From the sequence record DRR378314_2555: 44,476 bases of DNA; one strand, given 5' to 3'. This document shows positions 31,501 to 38,571 of the stretch, piece by piece; the first letter of the stretch is position 1, and every line of letters begins with the position of its first letter. A program made the translations under genes and the position numbers. Below the pieces are notes generated by a model, which worked only from the letters and a program-made list of their open reading frames with translations, ran no database searches and was not told where the DNA came from.

Positions 31501-32276
31501 ACAAAAGAACCTAAAACGGGGAAGGGAAATTTGCCGCCTGCAGGGTTTAGATGAAGCTTTGCCGAATACTGTCCGCCGTGTGGCCCGTAACTGAACATGG
31601 GGTGGTGTATGGCCAATATGGTAGTCCGGTCCCGGTTTTTTTTGATAAGGCTTTCCAATTCCTCAAAGAAGGTTTCACGGTCCTTTATTTCGCATTTATC
31701 GTTCATCTTGGGGTGTTTGTCCCAATTGGTCAAGTACCATTCAGAATCAATGGCGATAAGCACTATTTTATCGTTGATATCTATTTTCTCTATCGGGCAG
31801 CCATCTTCGGGAAAAAAGACTTCTTTGCTATCTAATTTTTTTTGGATGTATTTTTGCTGTCTTTCAAGTCCTTCCAGACCTTCATTGTACCAATCATGGT
31901 TTCCAGGAATAAATATGGGATTGCCCTTGAATTGGGACAGGGTCTTCAGTTGGGCATCCAAGTTGTTTTTAGCTTCCAGATAGGCTTGGGTGGAATCCTT
32001 TTTGTTGGGCATTCCGGCAGGGTAGATATTATCGCCCAAAAATAGGGCAGTACTATTTTTGCCGGCTTTTCCCAAGGCCTTTTGGAAAGCCTTCAGTGCT
32101 TCACTTTGATCGTTCATTGGAGATTTGCCCGCATCCCCTATAAAATAAAAAGTGTGCAATAATTCACTGTTGCCTGATATGTTCCCAACGGTGGAACTCT
32201 CCACATATTTCGTTTTATATGTGGCACAGCCTACCAATAGAAAAAGTATTATTATAAGTAGGTAATGTTTCCTCAT
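28569..32276 (-). CDS. Metallophosphoesterase / kinase-like / Omp85-type beta-barrel fusion lipoprotein
   Basis: Lipobox LVGC; GDAG, GDNIY, GNHDW, HHP, GHEH; central GGGNQSKSLRL...GDWDRHDDQW...RDRDQ; C-terminal LRGF barrel motif and terminal GFGF. ATG at 32276 preferred. Confidence 0.8.
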   Translation of the reverse strand: MRKHYLLIIILFLLVGCATYKTKYVESSTVGNISGNSELLHTFYFIGDAGKSPMNDQSEALKAFQKALGKAGKNSTALFLGDNIYPAGMPNKKDSTQAYLEAKNNLDAQLKTLSQFKGNPIFIPGNHDWYNEGLEGLERQQKYIQKKLDSKEVFFPEDGCPIEKIDINDKIVLIAIDSEWYLTNWDKHPKMNDKCEIKDRETFFEELESLIKKNRDRTTILAIHHPMFSYGPHGGQYSAKLHLNPAGGKFPFPVLGSFVNLIRKTSGASYADLQNKRYTELRNRLVTLAQYSQKVILTSGHEHTLQYIVEDNTPQIVSGSGAKEGATRLLNGSKFSTGRMGFAELKVYKDGSSEVRYFGVGENNDPDLLFSTQVLPPDRNENYIFNGNDFPREVKASVYSKEDIEKSKFFKTIWGERYRKYYAMEVNAPTLRLDTLFGGLKPVRKGGGNQSKSLRLSDKNGKEYVIRAVKKSAEVYLQAMAFKDKYVLGEFKDTYTEKLLMDFYTGALPYGLLTVGTLSDAIDLYHTNPKLYYIPKQSALAEFNGEFGDELYILEEQVGDGHGELGSFGYADKIESTWDMIDKIKRDEKYVVNTDRYLRTRLFDMVMGDWDRHDDQWRWGEVKDKETGKIVFEAIPRDRDQVYSIWGDGALMGIATRIIPALQMMEGFNNDIRNVEAFNKSAYGLDVTLLAETTKADWEKEVQYIQQNLTPAVIDAAFKAFPQEILDENILSLKSILLSRINNLPKIAEDYFLALNQYVVIKGTDKDDWFEINNLAEQEVEIKAYRKIDGKKEKLFFQKKFNHNITKEIWIYGLDDDDIFEVEGGKGNKIKIRLIGGQNNDVYDISEGSNTWIYDHRSKKNTFKEIKGAKLRLTNDYETNTYQPLKLRTSTRQIIPTIGFNPDDGMKLGFNASNTFYGLRQNPYTTQHSYNAAYYFATNGFELGYKGEFAHILENWNLELAARFTSPNFSVNFFGIGNETENFDDTLEMDYNRVKIQNLSFSPSLIWRGQLGAKFRTGISLESLEVEETEDRFVNTFYLANGEENRNSFIGVDAEYTYENLDNAAFPTMGMTTGLLLGYKASVENQGQAYAYIVPSLSLDHKLVSNGRLVLASKWKAHFNLGDDYEFYQAASIGGIDGLRGFRNQRFSGKSSYYQNTDLRYSLKSLKTGLLPVTVGVYGGFDYGRVWTPNENSDLWHTSYGGGIFLNGADVMTARVALFNSVDGPRFSFGIGFGF

Positions 32277-32330
32277 GTACATCTGTTTAGAAATCAAAAT
32301 TTTGTAATTTGTGGGTCATAATTAACTCTT

Positions 32331-33521
32331 ATGTCGGAAATCCTCGAAAAAACTGAAAATTTTGTTGTTGATTTATTGTCTACTAAGCTAGACTCCAGTT
32401 ATTTATATCACAATTTAAGCCATACGCAACGGGTTGTTAAAAGTACTAAAGAATTATTGAACTTCTATGATTTGGGAGAGAAGGAAAACGAAATAGCGCT
32501 ATTGGCGGCTTGGTTGCATGATACTGGATATACAGAAGGTTCGGAGAATCACGAAGAGACCAGTTGTGATATAACACGCGAATTTTTAGGTAGGCAGGAA
32601 TACGATAAACAAAAAGTAGATCGTGTATGTAGCCTCATTATGGCCACCAAAAGGTTCTATGAGCCCCAAAACCTCTTGGAAGAAATTATCAGGGACGCTG
32701 ATTGCTCCCATTTCGGAAAGAAGAGTTATTTGGAAACTGCTGAACTACTTAGGGAAGAGTTGGATATTTTAGGATTGGCAACCTATACACAAAAGGAATG
32801 GCGGGAGGCCAACCTCAAGATGTTTCAAACGGAACAGCGTTTTTATACTGATTATGCCCTCCAAAATTGGCAGGAAGAAAAGAATAAAAATATAAGAAGG
32901 CTTATTAAGGGAAAAAAAGCGGAGGAAAATTTAGTGAAGAAGGAAAAGTTAAAGGCCAAATACAAGAGCGAAAGTCCGGATAGGGGTATACAGACCTTGT
33001 TTCGGGTGACTCTAAAAAATCATTTAATGCTCAGTGATATTGCTGATACCAAGGCTAATATCCTGCTCTCGGTTAATGCGATTATTATATCTTTGGTGTT
33101 GTCCAACCTTATGACCAAACTGGACAATCCGTCCAACAATTACTTAATCTATCCCACCTTGTTATTTGTTGTTTTTAGTGTAGTGTCAATGGTACTTGCC
33201 GTTCTTGCAACAAGACCAAATGTTACCCAGGGCGAGTTTACCAAGGAGGATGTAAAGCAACGCAAGGTAAACTTGTTGTTTTTTGGCAATTTTCACAAAA
33301 TGAAATTGGAGGACTATCAATGGGCTATAAACGAATTGGTACAGGACAAGGATTATATTTATTCCTCACTGACCAAGGATTTATATTATCTTGGATTGGT
33401 ATTGAACAGGAAGTATAAAATACTGCGTTGGACCTATACTATTTTTATTATAGGAATGATTGTTTCTGTAATTGCCTTTGTCGTATCCTTTAAGTATTTT
33501 GGTCCGGATCGCGGTTTATGA
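32331..33521 (+). CDS. HD-domain phosphohydrolase fused to a Pycsar-type transmembrane effector domain (PycTM/DUF5706)
   Basis: YHNLSH, LHD, HEE.S and RDAD HD motifs; C-terminal ADTKANILL, three hydrophobic helices, LFFGNF and RKY..LR..Y. Confidence 0.82.
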   Translation: MSEILEKTENFVVDLLSTKLDSSYLYHNLSHTQRVVKSTKELLNFYDLGEKENEIALLAAWLHDTGYTEGSENHEETSCDITREFLGRQEYDKQKVDRVCSLIMATKRFYEPQNLLEEIIRDADCSHFGKKSYLETAELLREELDILGLATYTQKEWREANLKMFQTEQRFYTDYALQNWQEEKNKNIRRLIKGKKAEENLVKKEKLKAKYKSESPDRGIQTLFRVTLKNHLMLSDIADTKANILLSVNAIIISLVLSNLMTKLDNPSNNYLIYPTLLFVVFSVVSMVLAVLATRPNVTQGEFTKEDVKQRKVNLLFFGNFHKMKLEDYQWAINELVQDKDYIYSSLTKDLYYLGLVLNRKYKILRWTYTIFIIGMIVSVIAFVVSFKYFGPDRGL

Positions 33522-33527
33522 CCAATG

Positions 33528-35897
33528 TTATTTGTTCAATTCCAGCATTAAGTCCTCGTAGGTATAGGTCTTGCCTTTTTCTTTGTGGGATTTGTATAAA
33601 ATGGAAGCTCTTATGGCCTTTAGGCCGGAAACCCCTTGGAGTCCTTCCAATTCAACAATTTCTACCTTGCCGCTGAAATAACCTTTGGACTTAAGGAACC
33701 TAATATATCGCAAGTATTCCAGCTCATCCTTTTTTTGTGAATAGACAATGGCTATTTTACCGGCTTGGGTCAATCTTTCATTGGTGCCTTTAATATAGGA
33801 TTTATCGATTCGTTTTTTTATAATCTCATACCTGGCATTGTAGGTGCCGTCAACATCAAAACGTTTTTCATCCATCCTGAATCGAATGGATAAAGAGCCG
33901 TTATAGACTAGAATAAGTGATGCCACATTTAATTGTACCTGCAACTTGGATTTAAGGTCGTAATGCTTATTTTCCATTTCGCAGATAACCTGTAACTGCC
34001 ACAACCTAAGGTTGTTAAGGTAAAGTGGGTCAAAGGCCCTTGATCCTGTTATGGAATCCCCTATGTACATGTTGTGCTCTACACCATCGGTCTTGTAACG
34101 CTCAAAATAATGTGGGTACATTTGCTGTGCCTCTTCCTGCTTGCTGTCGATTACAGATGCCAACTTTTTGTTGATCAGCATTACGCTTTGGTCATAATTT
34201 TTTCTATGATCATAGTAGGAACCTGTTCCCTTATCTATTTTGGTCTCATAGGAAAGCAATAGATTTTGAATGTGGGTATCGGATTTTTTGATATGGGCGA
34301 ACACTGGGTTTATTTCTTCTTGTACAAAATCGAAAATGGCCTGTTCGCTATTGGTATGTAAGACATCTTTTATCTCATCAAGGTGATTGTCTACCCTGAA
34401 TATAAGTTCTTCGTAAATTGGCAAACCATATTTTTGCCAAACCTCGGTCATTATTTGTTTAATTTCGGACAACTGGATCATAAGATCCCTTTGGATTGCC
34501 ATATTTCTTTCCTGGGAGGAATTCTGGATATCTACCTGTCCGTATAAGGGATATACTTCATCAAAAACAATTTCGCGGAAAGAGGGTTGCAGGCCTTCCA
34601 TGTCATCCAATATGAAGCGCTTTGCCTCTTCCTTAAATTTCCAGTAAACCGAAGGGTGCACAGAAGTACATTCGTTTTGAATAACCGCATCGATCAAATT
34701 TTCCTCCTCTTGTAATGAACGTAATACCGCAGAAACGATATAGGGAATTACATCGTCCAATTTCGTGGCATTTACGCTGTTCAGGTCATTGGCCTTATCA
34801 GAGACCAGCTCCAATACCCCCAGTAACTGCCCATCTTTGGCAATGGGAGATAAAAGGGCACTTTTAATTTTTTGATCGTGCAAACATTTATATGGAGGCA
34901 TACCATTTGAAAGCTTGTAATACTTGTCTACATCACTTATTACAAAACAGTGGTTTTGATCAATTAATTTACTATATGAGGACTTGCAAAGGGCCTCATT
35001 ACAAGTTTCAACTTGCTTCTCTTGTAAAATAAAACTATTTATTCCATTTACTGAAACCCTCTCAAATTGTTCTTCTTTTGAATTGTAGACCGAGAAGCCA
35101 ATACGCATATTTGGCAAGCCAAATAAAGACTTAAAGGTCTCTTCCACCCCTTTAATGAAATTACCCCCACTTTTATCATTAATGATCAAGTTGGATTTTA
35201 TTTCGGAGATAGAATGCTCCGCAGTAACATCGAACATATTCGAGATTACAAAACCTTTGCTCATAAAACTATTGGGCGGTATCTTTTGTTTCCAAAGATC
35301 CACATTGTCTATATTTTCCAATAACTTGTCTACGTCTTCCTGGGTAATTTCCAATGGGGTCCCATTGGGAAGGATTTCTATAAAATCGGCATTGTACAAA
35401 ATGCGGTAATGTCTCATTACGCCATTGGCATCCGGGATATCGTAGAAAAATGGTCTCTTGAAATCTAAGTTGAATCCGTAATAAAAGTTAAGGATGACTA
35501 CACAGGCCATGATATAATTCACCTCTTCTTCTTGGTTCCTGATTTTCGGTAGATAATTTGGTCCGGCAGCTGCCAATATTTTTTCAAAGCGCTTACTGGA
35601 ATTAAATATGATGTCCGTATATGGAGAGGAAGCTGTTTTTATTTCGTTGGTGGTAAGTACGGACGAAAACAAATCCTGTAAAATTATTTGAATTACGTCC
35701 TTATATTTTTCCAACAGGGTGATGTCTTTGAAACCATCACGCAATTCCGGATATGGAGCTTGGGCATTCAAAATATATCGTGCCTTGGTGGCCAAAAACG
35801 AATCCTCGCTTTCTGCCATTTCATCGTACTGCTTCAATAATTTATTAAAGCTTAAATGATGTTCCAATGGTGATATTTTTTCAGATAATCCCTTCAT
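33528..35897 (-). CDS. GAF-domain protein with a putative divergent class III nucleotidyl-cyclase C-terminal domain
   Basis: GAF signature KSALLSPIAKDGQLLGVLELVS. The cyclase call is my manual motif alignment (see findings); the CDS itself is secure. Confidence 0.75.
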   Translation of the reverse strand: MKGLSEKISPLEHHLSFNKLLKQYDEMAESEDSFLATKARYILNAQAPYPELRDGFKDITLLEKYKDVIQIILQDLFSSVLTTNEIKTASSPYTDIIFNSSKRFEKILAAAGPNYLPKIRNQEEEVNYIMACVVILNFYYGFNLDFKRPFFYDIPDANGVMRHYRILYNADFIEILPNGTPLEITQEDVDKLLENIDNVDLWKQKIPPNSFMSKGFVISNMFDVTAEHSISEIKSNLIINDKSGGNFIKGVEETFKSLFGLPNMRIGFSVYNSKEEQFERVSVNGINSFILQEKQVETCNEALCKSSYSKLIDQNHCFVISDVDKYYKLSNGMPPYKCLHDQKIKSALLSPIAKDGQLLGVLELVSDKANDLNSVNATKLDDVIPYIVSAVLRSLQEEENLIDAVIQNECTSVHPSVYWKFKEEAKRFILDDMEGLQPSFREIVFDEVYPLYGQVDIQNSSQERNMAIQRDLMIQLSEIKQIMTEVWQKYGLPIYEELIFRVDNHLDEIKDVLHTNSEQAIFDFVQEEINPVFAHIKKSDTHIQNLLLSYETKIDKGTGSYYDHRKNYDQSVMLINKKLASVIDSKQEEAQQMYPHYFERYKTDGVEHNMYIGDSITGSRAFDPLYLNNLRLWQLQVICEMENKHYDLKSKLQVQLNVASLILVYNGSLSIRFRMDEKRFDVDGTYNARYEIIKKRIDKSYIKGTNERLTQAGKIAIVYSQKKDELEYLRYIRFLKSKGYFSGKVEIVELEGLQGVSGLKAIRASILYKSHKEKGKTYTYEDLMLELNK

Positions 35898-35987
35898 TAC
35901 TCACCTTAGTCCTTGTTAAGGGCGTAAAGTTACAAAAGAAAATGCTTTTTTTCATTTTTTCGACACTTATGGAATATCCTTCTTTTT

Positions 35988-36017
35988 TTTGGATATTTAT
36001 CCTTTCAAGTACATTTG
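35988..36017 (+). promoter_or_regulatory. Bacteroidota housekeeping-sigma promoter
   Basis: TTTG (35988-35991), 18-nt spacer, TACATTTG (36010-36017), upstream of the CDS at 36106. Confidence 0.55.
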
Positions 36018-36105
36018 GAATAAATGTATGGGTAATTTGTTGATGTTGTTCAGAGTATTCCTCATGTCCCAACACATATTAGTATGAACTATTAACCTAA
36101 AAGAA

Positions 36106-37008
36106 ATGACCTCATCTGCCAGATTGTCCAGGGCTTATAAAAATGCTAAAATCCTGCCTTTTGACGATAGCTCCAAAATTATTCTTTTCAGTGACTGCCA
36201 TAGGGGAGATAGTAGTTTTGCGGACGAATTTGCCAATAACCGCAATATATATTTTCATGCCCTAAGGCATTACTTTAAAGAAGGCTTTATGTACTGTGAA
36301 TTGGGGGACGGGGATGAACTTTGGGAAAATATCAACTTTGATTCCATTTTTACTGCACACAAGAACGTTTATAAGCTTTTAAAGCAATTTCATCTAGAAA
36401 AAAGACTCCATATGATTTGGGGGAACCATGACATGGTTTATAAAGATCCATTGTATGTAAAAAAGAATCTATCATCCTATTTTGAGCCTATTGATAATTG
36501 CAATAAAGAATTGTTTGAAGACATCAACTATCACGAAGCTATAATTTTAAAACATAACGATAGTGGTCAAGAGTTGTTTTTGACCCATGGGCACCAGGCA
36601 GATTGGTGGAACTATACTTTTTGGCGCTGGGGCAGGTTCTTGGTGCGTGTTTTATGGAAGCCATTGCAAGTATGGGGTATTGCCGATCCTACAAGTCCCG
36701 CAAAAAATTACAAGGAGCTTATTAAAATTGAAAGGCGCATAAAAAAATGGATTTTGGCCAACAATGAAATGCTGACGATTGCGGGCCATACCCATAGGCC
36801 CCGATTTCCTGCTCCCGGGGAAATTCCATTTTTCAATGACGGTAGCTGTGTTCATCCGCGGAGTATTACCGGGCTGGAGATCCAAAAGGGAACCATTTCC
36901 CTAATAAAATGGGAAATAGCTACAAAGGACGATGGCACCCTTCAGATTGTTAGGATATTACTGGACGGGCCTCAACAACTTAGCAGTTATAAGAGGGCCA
37001 AATCCTAG
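36106..37008 (+). CDS. Cytoplasmic calcineurin-like metallophosphoesterase (LpxH-like motif spacing)
   Basis: SDCH, GDGDELW, GNHD, THGH, GHTH and NDGS motifs; no signal peptide. Confidence 0.85.
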   Translation: MTSSARLSRAYKNAKILPFDDSSKIILFSDCHRGDSSFADEFANNRNIYFHALRHYFKEGFMYCELGDGDELWENINFDSIFTAHKNVYKLLKQFHLEKRLHMIWGNHDMVYKDPLYVKKNLSSYFEPIDNCNKELFEDINYHEAIILKHNDSGQELFLTHGHQADWWNYTFWRWGRFLVRVLWKPLQVWGIADPTSPAKNYKELIKIERRIKKWILANNEMLTIAGHTHRPRFPAPGEIPFFNDGSCVHPRSITGLEIQKGTISLIKWEIATKDDGTLQIVRILLDGPQQLSSYKRAKS

Positions 37009-37065
37009 GTTCTTAATTCAAATAAAAATGGATTTTTCAAAAATGAAGCTGACTTGTTATTTTCC

Positions 37066-37791
37066 TTATTGCAGCCTAAAAGTTATAGGAATGGTATAGG
37101 GAACCTTTACGGCCCTGCCCCTTTGTTTTCCTGGTGTCATTTGCGGTAACGCGGCAATAATCCGGTGGGCTTCCTTTTCCAATAATTTGTCCGGCCCCCT
37201 TGTTCTTATATTGGTTATATAGCCGGTGTTGTCTATAATAAATTGAACATATACCTTTCCTTCAATGCCCAACTCAACTGCGACATCGGGATAGGTAAAC
37301 TGTTTCATAATATGTTCTTGGATTTTCTTCTGGAAACAGGCTTTCTGAGCTTCGTTGGAGCTTTCTTTACATCCGGGAAAAACAGGTACATTTTCGATTA
37401 CGGCAAAAGGCACTTCAACATCTTCCTCTTCTTCCTCCACCACTGCTATATCTTCAACTTTCAATGGAGCCTCCTCCACTATTGTTTCCTGATTTATTTC
37501 TGTACTCTGAATCACCGTTTCCTCTATTTCGGCCACATCCTCAACAATTTCTATAACTTCGGGCGCTGCTGGAGGAGGTGGAGGTGGTGGAACATTCAAT
37601 GCCTCGGTAACCGGTACTTTCTCGTCCAAGTAATCTGTTACCGTTAACTGCTCAATGGCAGTATTTGCCTTGGGATACGTTTTTAATTCCAAAGCCCTCC
37701 ATACTACAAACAGTACTATAACTAGGCCAATTACAAAGAAAAGTCCACTTTTTCTGTTTAAATCTGCCCTAGGATATTTTTTTGGTTCCAT
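37066..37791 (-). CDS. tonB: Energy transducer TonB
   Basis: N-terminal TM helix, poly-Pro and Glu-rich linker, TonB_C (P.FPG...YP..A...GIEGKVYVQF...PGKQRG.AV.V.Y.IPI.F). Confidence 0.9.
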   Translation of the reverse strand: MEPKKYPRADLNRKSGLFFVIGLVIVLFVVWRALELKTYPKANTAIEQLTVTDYLDEKVPVTEALNVPPPPPPPAAPEVIEIVEDVAEIEETVIQSTEINQETIVEEAPLKVEDIAVVEEEEEDVEVPFAVIENVPVFPGCKESSNEAQKACFQKKIQEHIMKQFTYPDVAVELGIEGKVYVQFIIDNTGYITNIRTRGPDKLLEKEAHRIIAALPQMTPGKQRGRAVKVPYTIPITFRLQ

Positions 37792-37937
37792 GACACAGTA
37801 TTTTAAATATAAGTTACCATGTATTTATATGAATTCATATGACATAGATCAGTTTTTGCATATTTCCTTCTGTAGGTTTCGGTGCTTATTAATTTGAAAA
37901 AGAGTGCAATATTGGGTCTTGGATATAAATTCGTTTA

Positions 37938-37949
37938 TGGAACGTTTCA
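37938..37949. promoter_or_regulatory. Possible LacI-type operator upstream of the GH32 remnant
   Basis: TGGAACGTTTCA near-palindrome with central CG, just after a -7-like TAAATTCG (37926-37933). Confidence 0.35.
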
Positions 37950-37989
37950 GGACGGCTATATTTTCCCTATTATTATTAAAACCGTAGCA

Positions 37990-38527
37990 TTGAAAAAGTA
38001 CCGTATCAAGTTGTTTTGGGTTGTTCTGGGGTTGGCACTTTTGTCGTGCAAGGGTGAGAAAAAACTAGGTCCTGTAAAAGATGTTGATACCCAACTGGGA
38101 CTTTATCAGGAAACCCACCGCCCACAATTTCATTTTAGCCCACCGGAAAATTGATGAACGATCCCAATGGTTTGGTCTATTACCTAGGGGTGTACCATCT
38201 GTTTTATCAATATTACCCAGAGGATATCGTATGGGGGCCCAACAATTTATTTTGGATAGGTCACTTTCGGGGAAAACTTCCTTTGATGTGGATTTTGTTA
38301 AAAATATTCAGGCTATGCCCATCCCCGATTTGCCCAATAGAGAATATGAAGTACGGATAGTGATGGATTGGTCCTCTGTGGAGATTTTTATTAATCGTGG
38401 GCAATACGTGATGACCTGCCAGTTCTTTCCCAACGAATTTTACCGGACCTTATTGATTTCAAATCCAGGGGAAATGGAATTGAAATTGAAAGAATTTTCT
38501 ATAAGCCCCATAAAATCTATTTGGTAA
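37990..38527 (+). pseudogene. GH32 levanase/invertase pseudogene (frameshift plus large internal deletion)
   Basis: Lipobox LLSC and RPQFHFSP, then AAT-TG-ATG-AAC-GAT-CCC-AAT-GGT (WMNDPNG lacking one G at about 38153), YHLFYQY...WGP, then a jump at about 38240 into the GH32 C-terminal domain (LDRS.SG...DWSSVEIFIN). Confidence 0.85.
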
Positions 38528-38571
38528 TTTAAATTGATACCTTTAGATTTATTCAATAATAGTATTTTTAG

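Noticed and set aside
32331-35897. Calling the locus a canonical Pycsar defence system
   Set aside because: No co-oriented pycC, genes are convergent, the effector carries an HD domain and the cyclase motifs are divergent. Reported only as a candidate.
36106-37008. Assigning the symbol lpxH
   Set aside because: Motif spacing is LpxH-like but context and sequence do not establish the substrate.
37882-38527. Three separate small genes (90, 148 and 69 aa)
   Set aside because: They are pieces of one broken GH32 gene in three reading frames.
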